From: Patescibacteria group bacterium
Lineage (GTDB): Bacteria; Patescibacteriota; JACMRA01
Direction: 5' to 3'
Length of the DNA: 58,147 bases
Assembly: GCA_038751365.1 (NCBI GenBank)
Contig: JBCDGH010000002.1
Span: 1-58,147, forward strand
The position numbers and the translations under genes are program-made. Below are positions 1 to 10,003 of the stretch, piece by piece; position 1 is the stretch's first letter, and each line of letters opens with the position of its first letter. The notes beneath the pieces are model-generated. The model was not told the origin of the DNA. It made no database searches and saw nothing but the letters and a program-made list of their open reading frames with translations.

Positions 1-68
1 CACTGCATTAACTTAGACTGCTATATTAATTCTCATAATTATTATTAAAAGAGAATTATATGTCTAAA

Positions 69-1949
69 TTAACAGAAGTGGGTCATGTCATAGAAGCAGT
101 CATACAATAAATCTACCGAATCTTCTTTAATTTTTTTGACAGGCTTATACTCTAAAAATACTAAATCTTTCATAACTGTGCTAAACCAATACTGAATAAG
201 ACTATTATCAACATTCCTAGATAACTGGTCAGAAGATAGTACTTCACTAAGCAGATTCTTTAAGATACCATGCTCGGAGCTAGTTTCATTAGTCGATTGA
301 GCTGCTCTTAAATCTTCTGGGGATAATCCGGTAAAGAAGCTTTCAGGCATATTGCTTATTATCTCACGAAATCTTAGTACTGAAGGTAGCTGACTGAGTT
401 TGTCACTGATATTCTTCGGATCCTTATAAGAAAACCAAAAACAACCTTTGTAAGTATAGGCAATGAATAATTCATTATCTGCGGAAACGTAATCATCAAC
501 TTTCATTTTCTCAGCACAGGCTTTTCTAATCTGACCATTAAGTTTAGTAAAATCTTGTTCATTCACCAAGCCAAAGCTAATTAATTCATCTTTAAAATTA
601 CCTACAAGTGATATTAACTCGTTAATAATATTGTTACTTATAGGTTGTAGATCAGCAGTTGCTCTTACAGCATTAATCGCAACAATATAGTCTTTAAGAT
701 AGTTTACTGTTAATTCATAGTATTTCTCTGGAGCGTTATTCATGGATTCAGTGCATAATTCAAGTAGCTGACTACAAGCTGAATCTTTAACAATTGACTC
801 TTTATTTCGCTTTCCTATTAGTGATGCAAACAAGTACTGAAGAGGTAAATATTCAGGCTCATTTTCAAATTCAATCTCATTTATTTTTTGACCATGATCT
901 TCAGAATATGATGGGTTATTTAGCTCAACACAATATTTTTCATTTCCACTTAAACCACTTGTAATGAATGACATCATATCATCATCACGTTTATCAAATA
1001 ACAACATAATCGTAAAATTATTCAGTTTAGATATTCTATCCATTTCTCTCTGTAAAGTATGCTGACTATCAGCTAATCCAGTATACATTTGATCAAATAT
1101 GTGATATCGGATAACCTCACCAGTCTGGAAATCTCTCTCTTCAAGAATATTTCCACCTCTAAAGTCTGTAACTGGTATACCTTTGTTTCGCAATTGAAAG
1201 ACAATATCTTCGTAATAACCACTTTCTATTGATAAAGCCTTGGCAAATAGTGGATACATTTCAGCTTCAAACTTAGCATCAGCCCGAACAGTTAATGACA
1301 AATACTTTTTACTATGATCTGAAATCCTGTCATAAATTAGAGACTTGTCTCGGACTTGATTGTACTCTTCCAAAAAAAGAGTATACTGCTCTTGATCAAT
1401 CTCCTTAGAATTAAATTTAGTCTGCATTTCAAAAAATTTAGCACTCCAAGTCTGTTTTATATGCTCATCTCGTAGTTCACCAGTAGACCTTATACCTTGT
1501 CTCATTGAATCATTCCACATACTTTTAGAATTTTGAATCTGATCCATGATACTACAGCTTATATAAACTGATTCACCTTCTTCATTAGACCCTATCCAAT
1601 AGCCAGCGAAGTGAGTTTTATTTACTTTTATTACCTCTTGAGACTCTAGTGGTAATATCTCTTTAACCCTTTTCTCTAATAAGTGCATATTGCGCATATC
1701 ATTAATACAATACGGAGATCGCATGCTGGAAACAGCAAATTTAATGACTATAGGTCTGCCTAATTTTTGAGATAATTCAACGGACTCAAAAACTGTTGTT
1801 GACCAATCCCTTTCACGATTGTTGAAATTACCTCCAATCATGTAATTAGAATCCTTGTTTTGGTGCCTAGAATAAGAAACTTGAATATCAAGATATAGAC
1901 CTTTAAGATTAACATTATTTGCAATACATAACTTCAAAATGAGGATCAA
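69..1949 (-). CDS. hypothetical protein, 626 aa, no recognisable domain
   Basis: Uninterrupted 1.9-kb ORF in AT-rich, stop-rich DNA. It overlaps the 3' end of ORF 1915..4233 by 35 nt, so the two are probably co-transcribed. The track start is TTG at 1949, and the first ATG (MIGGNFNN) is at 1841. I could not name any catalytic motif by eye. Confidence 0.5.
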   Translation of the reverse strand: MILILKLCIANNVNLKGLYLDIQVSYSRHQNKDSNYMIGGNFNNRERDWSTTVFESVELSQKLGRPIVIKFAVSSMRSPYCINDMRNMHLLEKRVKEILPLESQEVIKVNKTHFAGYWIGSNEEGESVYISCSIMDQIQNSKSMWNDSMRQGIRSTGELRDEHIKQTWSAKFFEMQTKFNSKEIDQEQYTLFLEEYNQVRDKSLIYDRISDHSKKYLSLTVRADAKFEAEMYPLFAKALSIESGYYEDIVFQLRNKGIPVTDFRGGNILEERDFQTGEVIRYHIFDQMYTGLADSQHTLQREMDRISKLNNFTIMLLFDKRDDDMMSFITSGLSGNEKYCVELNNPSYSEDHGQKINEIEFENEPEYLPLQYLFASLIGKRNKESIVKDSACSQLLELCTESMNNAPEKYYELTVNYLKDYIVAINAVRATADLQPISNNIINELISLVGNFKDELISFGLVNEQDFTKLNGQIRKACAEKMKVDDYVSADNELFIAYTYKGCFWFSYKDPKNISDKLSQLPSVLRFREIISNMPESFFTGLSPEDLRAAQSTNETSSEHGILKNLLSEVLSSDQLSRNVDNSLIQYWFSTVMKDLVFLEYKPVKKIKEDSVDLLYDCFYDMTHFC

Positions 1950-4233
1950 CCAAATTCTCTAAAAACTCTAATTCACTTTCCTGATGATTTGGCACACTAA
2001 TCAAATGACTAGTCTCATCCAGAAATTCTTCGGTAACAGTCATTACCGGATTTTCAAAGATATGTTTGAAACTTTTAGGATTATTCAACCTTTGTAAGGC
2101 TTCTTCGTCGAGTGGATAATGTAATTCACTATTTAGGAATAAATCTATATTCAACTTATTATTATTTTCATTTTCATCAGGTTCTTCGGGATTTTCTGCA
2201 GTTTTCTTATTTCTGAGACCTCCATTTCCTCCACCATCACCGCTTCCTGACCCAGAGTCCAAATTATCCAATTCTTCAGCAACTTGATTTTTACCTTCTT
2301 CTTGATCTTCTAAAGAATTTTGCTTCATTTTCTCCGAGTAAGTAGGGTATGTTTGAATATAATCCTTTAACAACTGATCCTCACTTGAAAGTTGGTCATT
2401 TTCTTTATTCTTTATTTGCTTTTTCTTAGTTTTTAATATGTTAGAAAGATTCATTTTTGTATCTTCACCCTCTATCTCGATTATCTCACCCTGATAAGAT
2501 GGTAAATATTTATTTCTTTCGATATAACCTATAAGAATTTGGTAAATTCTACTATACTTTTTGTCAGATATACTGGGAGTCTGTTCTAATAAAGTATCTA
2601 GCCTTTCATATTGAATCTCTAACAGTGGATGTACTGAGTCATTAAAACGATCTCGATGTTTCCACGTATTCACAAATGCACCAATCCTAAATACTTCCTC
2701 CTTAGTGTTTGGTAGTATTCTAGTATTGACTGTGTCAGTATCTCTAGGTAAATGCTCGAATTCTCTAACATATTCTATTACAGCTTGTATTTTATTATAC
2801 ATTTCAGTATCAGTTTTATTTAGGTAGTCTTGTCTATATCTCAGTAGAATCTTAAGTTCTTTCATTACAAGCGGACTGACATCTAATTCTGGCGACTGAT
2901 TTTCATAAAGCTTCAAAGCATTTCTAAGATAGGTAAGTTTTCTATATTCTATTTTGTGAATTTCTTCGTCATCCAAAGTAAATTCTAAAGTTGTAGTAAT
3001 TTTTGGCCAGTAACCTCTAGATAAGACATAATCTTGGATTGCTTTACTTTTCTGAATGTGTACAAAATCAGACTGACGAGGATATTCATCAGTATATTTA
3101 ATTAGTTTGTTGACTTGATCTGTAAAGGCTATTAAGGACTCTTGAAGCTCATTTATAGTTTTAGATTTTAATCTCTCAGGGTTGAACTTTTCACCAAATC
3201 TAATTTTTATTTCCTTGCCTTGATAAATCAAATTTGTATATCTAGTTATAACAGGCCAGTGTTTTTTTTGTTCAATGTAGATAATTAATAACTGAGCTTG
3301 GATCGATTCAGGTATGTTTTCACTTCCCCCAACTAAATTATTAAGAGTTACGGGATCCTCAGATTCGATTAGATCATTTTTGTTTGAATTTGAACTACTG
3401 AGTAAATTTATTATTCTAGAGCTCCAGTTCTTGGACATTCTCATTCTGACTCCAATTCTAGGATTTTGAGTAATCAGCTGCTCTTTTTCTTGCTTGGTTA
3501 GATTATCTAAATTACTAAGGATACTTTTAATATTTTGTTCTGGATATGTTTCTAGCAGTTTATCAATATAAAAGATATGGGTGGCATTACCAACCTCATC
3601 ATTAACATAGATGATAGTGTTTAAATCTTTTTTCAGAATAAGTCTTGTATAACTATTTTCTCTGATCATGTTTGGATCTAGAATACCTGTCTTTGCTTCA
3701 ATTTGCTGTAAGTCAAGCTGAAAAACCTGCACTAAGATCGTGAGTAGAGTCTTAAGCCTTTGTTCAGTCCTAGCTGGTATTTCCATTCCTACTCCACTAC
3801 CTATAATAATTCTTTGTTCGGAGTTAGGATCGGTAGGAGTAATAATTCTAGATAGTGGTTGCGAATTTAGATTAGCTATAAAATTTTCTATTTGGTTGGA
3901 TACTAAATCATCTAGACCTTGTACTTCATCTAGTAGAGCTTCTACATCTGTTAGTTTAAAATATTGATAAGCAGCATCTTCTAATTCTTTACCTTCAAGT
4001 TTATTCTGAGGGTGAGCTTTTACATAATTTGCGAGCACCTCATCTGATAATTCTACTAACTTATCGATCGCCTTTGTAAGCTCTCCACTGAAGCTATTCA
4101 TTGTTTCTGGAGAAATTGATACATCTAAGATTTTATTTATTTTAGCTTCTAGAATTTTTTTAAGTAATTCTCTTTGGTTCTCATTTTTTTCAAACTTTTC
4201 TTTATTTCGATTAATGGGTGTGTGTTCTAGCAT
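1915..4233 (-). CDS. hypothetical protein, 772 aa, four helicase-associated (HA)-like helical repeats plus Gly/Ser and acidic low-complexity tail
   Basis: Long ORF. Four repeats start near residues 311, 398, 481 and 562, spaced 81-87 aa. They share [IY]Q..[LIV]..Y[IV]....[HY][WL]P: YIEQKKHWPVI, YVLSRGYWPKI, YVREFEHLPRD, YIERNKYLPSY. Each is followed by a basic or aromatic helix, e.g. VFRIGAFVNTWKHR. An SGSGSGDGGGNGG tract lies at residues 660-672, and the C-terminus is acidic. Confidence 0.55.
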   Translation of the reverse strand: MLEHTPINRNKEKFEKNENQRELLKKILEAKINKILDVSISPETMNSFSGELTKAIDKLVELSDEVLANYVKAHPQNKLEGKELEDAAYQYFKLTDVEALLDEVQGLDDLVSNQIENFIANLNSQPLSRIITPTDPNSEQRIIIGSGVGMEIPARTEQRLKTLLTILVQVFQLDLQQIEAKTGILDPNMIRENSYTRLILKKDLNTIIYVNDEVGNATHIFYIDKLLETYPEQNIKSILSNLDNLTKQEKEQLITQNPRIGVRMRMSKNWSSRIINLLSSSNSNKNDLIESEDPVTLNNLVGGSENIPESIQAQLLIIYIEQKKHWPVITRYTNLIYQGKEIKIRFGEKFNPERLKSKTINELQESLIAFTDQVNKLIKYTDEYPRQSDFVHIQKSKAIQDYVLSRGYWPKITTTLEFTLDDEEIHKIEYRKLTYLRNALKLYENQSPELDVSPLVMKELKILLRYRQDYLNKTDTEMYNKIQAVIEYVREFEHLPRDTDTVNTRILPNTKEEVFRIGAFVNTWKHRDRFNDSVHPLLEIQYERLDTLLEQTPSISDKKYSRIYQILIGYIERNKYLPSYQGEIIEIEGEDTKMNLSNILKTKKKQIKNKENDQLSSEDQLLKDYIQTYPTYSEKMKQNSLEDQEEGKNQVAEELDNLDSGSGSGDGGGNGGLRNKKTAENPEEPDENENNNKLNIDLFLNSELHYPLDEEALQRLNNPKSFKHIFENPVMTVTEEFLDETSHLISVPNHQESELEFLENLVDPHFEVMYCK

Positions 4234-4405
4234 ACTGATTTAGTTATTGCTTTTAAATAGTATTAAATACTTACAATGCATAAAAATTAGCGAAGGTCAA
4301 ATAAAAATTCTTCACCTTATGAGAGCAGAAAGCAATTGACATATAAGCTAATTAATAGTAACTATTTAGGGATTTTTTTACTCTTACTTAAATTGAATTT
4401 TAGTA

Positions 4406-7400
4406 ATGCAAACATTCAAGCGTTATTTTATAGAAAATAAGTGGAGGCTAGCCTTGGTCTTTATATCTGCGATTACATTTCACAGATGGTTCAGCACTGA
4501 TGTTTTTACTATGGCTGATTGGCATTACTATGATAGCTATAGTTTGAAGGACATGTTCATTACAGAAACCTGGGTGGCTCGGTTTAATGCTGGTTCAGCC
4601 AACTCAATTGTCTGGCGCTATCCTTTCTACTTTGTTTTAGGTGGCTTAAGCTATTTTGGTCTAGACTTTTATATAATCGACAAATTTTTAGTTTTCTTAC
4701 CAATTGTATTGCTAATTCCGGCTTCAAGCTATTCGCTAGCTAAATCATTTAAATTAAGTAATTTTACTTCTTTTATAGTTGGACTTATCATAACTTTCAA
4801 CACATATTATTTAGCCATAATGACTCAAGGGCATATACTCTTGAATCTTGGTTTTGCTTTCACGACTTTTGCTTTTGTTTATTACAAGAAGGGCTTAGAA
4901 AGAAATAATCTGGAAAGTTTTATTTATTCCATTGTATTTATCACTGTCGGTAGCTTTATAGATTTTAGGACGGTTTATGTTACTGCTTTAGTCATGTTTT
5001 TCTATACAGTAACAAACTTGAAACAAGCTTGGAAAGCAAAGTTTAAATTAGTTTTTTATGGTCTTAGCCTAGCTATATCAAGTATATATTGGCTACTGCC
5101 ATTTTATAACTCGCAGAGCTCTTTTGGTAATTATGTTCTAGATAGAGGCTTGTTTGGAAACCCTTTTTGGAGAATTCATTATGCTATTTCACTATTCTAT
5201 CCCTTTTGGACAACTGGAAAGATATTTTGGTTTACAACACAACCAGTCAACCCTATAAATTGGATACTACCTTTTTTTTCACTATGTGGACTCATCATTG
5301 TAATTTACCAAAGAAAATTTAAGCAAAGTATCTTTCTTGGTGTATTGGGAATTTTAGGGATTATTTTAACTAAACAATCTGACTATCCTTTTCCAGACCT
5401 TTATAAATGGCTATTTAATAATTTTCCTGGGTTTTTAGCCTTTAGAGAAGCATCTAAATTCTATTATTTTACAATACTTAGCTATTCCGTACTAATCGGT
5501 TATTACTTAGAATTTTTAACAAAAGCTAAAGCTAAGCTGATTAAAAAATCTATATACTTCTTCAGCATAGTTAGTATCTTAACCTTATCTTTTATTAATT
5601 TATTTCCTTATCTTAGCGGTCGCATTGAGACTATAATTGCCAAAAGGCAGATACCTGCTGAGTACTATGAATTAAACCAATTTTTAAATTCTGAAAATGA
5701 TTTTTATAGAACACTCTGGGTACCAGTACAGTCTAAATGGGCTTCAGAAATAAACCGAAAACCTAAGATGTCGTTAGTAGATTTGATGACTAACCTGTTA
5801 AACAGGATACATGAACAGAATGAATTGGAGGCTATAAATCCTACAAAAAACTATACCTATCTAAATCTAATAAATTCAAATTATTTTGAATATCTACTAA
5901 ACCACTTTTCAATTAAATATGTAATTATACCTATTAGAGATAAACAAAATGATGATGATTTTTTTAGTTATTTTGGTAACAACAGAGGTGAATTAGAGCA
6001 AGCTATTAGAGCTAAAAATTTTTTAGAGAGTATAACCTTACCTGACTCAAAATTTACTATATATCAAAATAAAAATTATAGAGAAGAACTCAAAACCAAA
6101 TCAGACCCTATCATAAGTATAAGAGAAGCTCAGGAATTCGAATCTAAATTTGATTTTGTAGTCAACAAACTAAAACTAAAAAATCCAGATTTCTTAGATT
6201 TTTCTGATGAACAAAATAAGGATAAAAACCTCAGTACTGAGCACAAGTTGCAAATTACCGATCCATTCATAGACACAAACTGGCTTGATGCTTTGCAAAG
6301 TAAAGATAGTATAAAAAGTAAAATCAACCTACAAAAGTACGATACTTTATATATCTCCAAAAACAATTATAATTTAGTTGTTGTTAAAGTAAAGGATCAA
6401 CTAATATTCTACCTTGACTCAAGCTCACCTGCCTTTGATCAGATTGAAAAAGAAGAGCCAAAAAGGTCTTTTTTAAAAAATATTAAACTAAGCACAGACT
6501 TAGATTACTATCTATTTTATAACGATACAGTATTCAAAATTGAAGATCAAATAGAAACAAGCCTAGGAACTTATAAAGGCTCTTCAGCAATGCAAATTTT
6601 GAGTTCTGACAAAAACAATCTGGTACCAAATGGTGACTTTGAAGATGGTCTCTGGCAAGAAAGTGTAGGAGATTGCAATGAGGTTAAAAAGATTGATCGT
6701 CCTAAATATATGAGCTCTGAATTAGTTTCCAGAGAAGGCACAGCTAATGCTACAAGTGCTGCACTCTTAGAAGCCAAAATTCATTCAGCCTGTGAACAAA
6801 ATATTTTTAATATACCAGAATTATCTTATTTTTACTTTTCTTATGATTATAAAGTAGTTGGCGAAAATAGTTTCTCTTCTTACAACCTTGGCTTTTTGGA
6901 CACTTATAACGCACTAGACTCAGAAAATTCAGATCTGAATATAAAAGAAAGAAGCTTTATTAACGACAGTGAATGGAATAATTTATCTAAGATGTTTTTC
7001 AACCCCGAGAATAGTCAAAGGTTAGAAATCACATTATATGCAGATGCTACTAGTAGACCAAATAAAGTCATATACGACAATGTAAAATTATTTAAACTAA
7101 ATACTTATACAATTTTTCAATTAGAGAATTTGCAAGAGGATTATAAAATAATCAACACTGCAGATATAATAAGTAATAATTTGAGGTATCTTAAGCAATA
7201 CGATATTAGAAACAATATCTTGAATGGAGATTTTGAAGGAGGCTTGTGGCAAGATGAAGTATCAGACTGTAATAACTATGATAACTTTCCTGAAATAGGA
7301 ATGTCACTAGGAGAAGAAAAAGAGGATGATTCTGAAACTATACAAAATAAGTATTTAGAACTAACTACCAGGTATCACTTATCGTGCACTTTTCAGGATT

Positions 7401-8116
7401 TTGGTTTTTACCCTGGGTCAAAAAAGTTTTTATTGGAATTTGATTATAATACTGACGCAGAATACATCGGTTATTTTGTATCTTTCAACGATACCGCAAA
7501 TAGCTTAATAAAAAGTAACCTGGCTGTACCTGAAGATAGGAGATTAACTTGGAATAAATACAAACGCTTTTTGGAAATACCCCCTAACGCAACTAGGGCA
7601 GTTTTTGGGTTTTATGGATATCCAGGCACTTTTACAGCAAGACAAAACACTGGCACATCCAAATATGATAATGTAAAGTTAATTAACTTACCAAACATTA
7701 CATCAAGTAGCTTTTTAGTTAAAGGTAATGTCGATAAAATAAGGAATAGAGAATCTTATCTACTAGATAAAAATAATCATAGGTATGCCTCTACAAGAAA
7801 ATACGATAATTTTATTCCAGCAAATACTAATCATATTGTTTTTAGCAGTAAATATGATCCAAACTGGAATTTACAGGGGCATAAACAGGCACAGCACTTT
7901 AGGTCACTTTTCAGTACCAATATCTGGTCTACTGATCAGTATCAACGAAATGGTCTGGAAGAATTACGACTACATTTTACTCCTGAGACTCAATTTCTGA
8001 GCTTACTTCCTATATCTATGAGTTACTTCTACATTCTAATCGCTGTAGCCACAACAACTCTAATAAAAAACTTAGGACTAAACTGGACGTCTAATAAAAA
8101 CAAAAAAACCAACTAA
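4406..8116 (+). CDS. polytopic membrane protein, GT-C-like glycosyltransferase candidate with two CBM-like repeats and a C-terminal TM anchor
   Basis: The N-terminal ~400 aa is a run of hydrophobic helices, as in ArnT/PMT/YfhO-type enzymes. It is followed by a large soluble region with two ~198-aa repeats starting NGDFEDGLWQESVGDCNE (nt 6629) and NGDFEGGLWQDEVSDCNN (nt 7223). Both repeats end in YDNVKL, a carbohydrate-binding-module-like signature. The final hydrophobic helix is followed by a KNKKTN tail. The gene is adjacent to three glycosyltransferase genes. Confidence 0.6.
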   Translation: MQTFKRYFIENKWRLALVFISAITFHRWFSTDVFTMADWHYYDSYSLKDMFITETWVARFNAGSANSIVWRYPFYFVLGGLSYFGLDFYIIDKFLVFLPIVLLIPASSYSLAKSFKLSNFTSFIVGLIITFNTYYLAIMTQGHILLNLGFAFTTFAFVYYKKGLERNNLESFIYSIVFITVGSFIDFRTVYVTALVMFFYTVTNLKQAWKAKFKLVFYGLSLAISSIYWLLPFYNSQSSFGNYVLDRGLFGNPFWRIHYAISLFYPFWTTGKIFWFTTQPVNPINWILPFFSLCGLIIVIYQRKFKQSIFLGVLGILGIILTKQSDYPFPDLYKWLFNNFPGFLAFREASKFYYFTILSYSVLIGYYLEFLTKAKAKLIKKSIYFFSIVSILTLSFINLFPYLSGRIETIIAKRQIPAEYYELNQFLNSENDFYRTLWVPVQSKWASEINRKPKMSLVDLMTNLLNRIHEQNELEAINPTKNYTYLNLINSNYFEYLLNHFSIKYVIIPIRDKQNDDDFFSYFGNNRGELEQAIRAKNFLESITLPDSKFTIYQNKNYREELKTKSDPIISIREAQEFESKFDFVVNKLKLKNPDFLDFSDEQNKDKNLSTEHKLQITDPFIDTNWLDALQSKDSIKSKINLQKYDTLYISKNNYNLVVVKVKDQLIFYLDSSSPAFDQIEKEEPKRSFLKNIKLSTDLDYYLFYNDTVFKIEDQIETSLGTYKGSSAMQILSSDKNNLVPNGDFEDGLWQESVGDCNEVKKIDRPKYMSSELVSREGTANATSAALLEAKIHSACEQNIFNIPELSYFYFSYDYKVVGENSFSSYNLGFLDTYNALDSENSDLNIKERSFINDSEWNNLSKMFFNPENSQRLEITLYADATSRPNKVIYDNVKLFKLNTYTIFQLENLQEDYKIINTADIISNNLRYLKQYDIRNNILNGDFEGGLWQDEVSDCNNYDNFPEIGMSLGEEKEDDSETIQNKYLELTTRYHLSCTFQDFGFYPGSKKFLLEFDYNTDAEYIGYFVSFNDTANSLIKSNLAVPEDRRLTWNKYKRFLEIPPNATRAVFGFYGYPGTFTARQNTGTSKYDNVKLINLPNITSSSFLVKGNVDKIRNRESYLLDKNNHRYASTRKYDNFIPANTNHIVFSSKYDPNWNLQGHKQAQHFRSLFSTNIWSTDQYQRNGLEELRLHFTPETQFLSLLPISMSYFYILIAVATTTLIKNLGLNWTSNKNKKTN

Positions 8117-8878
8117 AAAATGAGCAGTTTTAATTATTAACAGATACAAAAAAAGTACTGGATTCTTGAAAATTAAAAGCGGTCTAGAAAATAATACATA
8201 GTATCTATAAATTGGATTTACTTCAGGCTGAATTCCTACCTGATAATTTTTTAGTTTTTGTGCGTAGTATATTTTTTTGCGAATACTCACTCTCATTCCA
8301 AGATCTTCTTCGTGATGAAGCACATAATTTTTTAAGTGAACTATTTTCATTTTCTGCTTGACAACTCTTCTATCCAAGTCCCAATCCTCACCACTTACCA
8401 TAGTTTCGTTGAAACCATGTACTTGATCAAAAACTTTTCTAGCAAAGACTCTAGCTGCTGATAGTACGTCATTATCGTCGTAGATTTTTTTTTCTAAATT
8501 AATAGCTCTACAATAGAGTGAATTACCTGCTATTCTCTCTTTAACAACTAATATTTTGTTCGGTTCAAGATTATCTAATATCTCTTGCAAAACATTTGTA
8601 GTAAACTCCATATCAGCATCAACAAAATATAAATATTCACCTAAAGCATTTCTAGTACCATGATTTCTTTGCGCTGATCTCTCAGGCCCAATAGTATATA
8701 ATTTGGCTAGCTTATAACCTTTAACAATCTCTCTGGTAGTATCGTTAGTATCTGGGTTATCTACTACTATTACTTCTATTTTTTTAGAGTCAAAAGCTTT
8801 ATTTTTAAAAATAGAACTGAGTAATCTGCCAATGTTTTTGGCTTCGTTTTTTGTAGGAATTACTATTGAAAGTAGCAT
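8078..8878 (-). CDS. family 2 glycosyltransferase (GT-A fold)
   Basis: LSIVIPTKNE N-terminus, VVDNPDTNDTT, the DxD motif in FVDADMEF, GEDWDL, and a hydrophobic C-terminus. Its 3' end overlaps the convergent gene 4406..8116 by 39 nt. Confidence 0.8.
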   Translation of the reverse strand: MLLSIVIPTKNEAKNIGRLLSSIFKNKAFDSKKIEVIVVDNPDTNDTTREIVKGYKLAKLYTIGPERSAQRNHGTRNALGEYLYFVDADMEFTTNVLQEILDNLEPNKILVVKERIAGNSLYCRAINLEKKIYDDNDVLSAARVFARKVFDQVHGFNETMVSGEDWDLDRRVVKQKMKIVHLKNYVLHHEEDLGMRVSIRKKIYYAQKLKNYQVGIQPEVNPIYRYYVLFSRPLLIFKNPVLFLYLLIIKTAHFLVGFFVFIRRPV

Positions 8879-8884
8879 ATTAAA

Positions 8885-10003
8885 CTATGACTCTATTATT
8901 TTTAAAAAGTCAAAGTAACAATTTTCAAAATTTACACTTCGTGAAGATTCAAGAGATTTACGGCATAGATCGTCATAGCTATTTCTTTGTAAAGTAAAAA
9001 GTTGATAGCCACTCTCAAATTCCTCAACCAACGACTCTGGATTTGCAAATTTGGAAATAAAGCCATGACCACGTTTGCAAGCATCTCTTAAACCATCTAC
9101 ATCGTATGTTATAGCTGGAGTACCCATACTATTGGCTTCGGTAAGAATTAGACCCCACCCCTCTTTTATACTAGTACTACACAAAAAGCTAGACTGCTGC
9201 ATGAGATTTAGCTTTTTTTTATCACCAACTCTACCAAAGAAAGTAACACTGTCTTCAATCCTTAGCTTTTTAGCTAAACTTTTATACTTATCTAAATTAC
9301 CACCGCCACTTAAATATAGCTGAGAATTTGGATATTTTTGATGAAAGATACTGAAAGCCATTATTACATCTTCTGGTCTTTTCATTGGTCTTAGAGAGCT
9401 GTGGAATAGAATAGTAAATTTCTGATTTTTCTTAGCCGCTTGATATTGCTTCAAAGGTGCATTGGTGATACCCATGGTAATTATAAATATTTTATTAGCT
9501 TTAAAGCCGTGCTTAATCAGATCTTGCTTACTACTTTTAGAAATTGTGATTATCGTATCATGTTTGATAGTCTGTAAGTAAATAGCTATTTTTTCAAGAA
9601 TATAATAACCTAAAAAATTTATTGGAAATCTAGTTTCATAAAACCATACTTCTTTAGCCAATTGATGATAAACTAGAAATATTTTTTCATTACCTCTAAA
9701 AAATTTTAAAAAATAAGGTACTGTATTTACACATTCTATAATAATGTCATTTTTATTTTTCAGATTCCTAATATAAAACCAGAGTGCTTGGAAAGAGTGA
9801 GTATATTTATTAGTCCCTACCCTATATATGCTAACATTGTCGATAATTTCTCGTTTCTTTGCATTCTGGTACTCAGAAGTTACCAAACTGACTTGATAAC
9901 CTCCTTGAGCTAAACGCTTACATAAATTCCAACAGACTATCTCAGCCCCGCCTGCATTTGGGTGACCTATGTCTTTCCAGTTGAAAAAGACTATTTTCTT
10001 CAT
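8885..10003 (-). CDS. family 4 (GT-B fold) glycosyltransferase
   Basis: N-terminal NAGGAEI-type motif (HPNAGGAEIV) and a C-terminal EX7E region (KEGWGLILTEANSMGTPAITYDVDGLRD), both typical of GT4/GT1 transferases. Confidence 0.8.
   Translation of the reverse strand: MKKIVFFNWKDIGHPNAGGAEIVCWNLCKRLAQGGYQVSLVTSEYQNAKKREIIDNVSIYRVGTNKYTHSFQALWFYIRNLKNKNDIIIECVNTVPYFLKFFRGNEKIFLVYHQLAKEVWFYETRFPINFLGYYILEKIAIYLQTIKHDTIITISKSSKQDLIKHGFKANKIFIITMGITNAPLKQYQAAKKNQKFTILFHSSLRPMKRPEDVIMAFSIFHQKYPNSQLYLSGGGNLDKYKSLAKKLRIEDSVTFFGRVGDKKKLNLMQQSSFLCSTSIKEGWGLILTEANSMGTPAITYDVDGLRDACKRGHGFISKFANPESLVEEFESGYQLFTLQRNSYDDLCRKSLESSRSVNFENCYFDFLKIIES

Noticed and set aside
2220-2262. GC-richer tract encoding SGSGSGDGGGNGG as a possible DNA-level repeat or recombination site.
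   Set aside because: It is a short in-frame low-complexity linker within a long ORF, with no repeat copies elsewhere that I could find.
4336-4364. Several additional TTGACA-containing promoter-like sites (4336, 11695, 15385, 35313, 51241).
   Set aside because: Their -10 elements at 16-18 nt spacing are poor (for example TAACTA, AACTAT). In AT-rich DNA such partial matches are expected by chance, so only the three best-supported promoters were listed.
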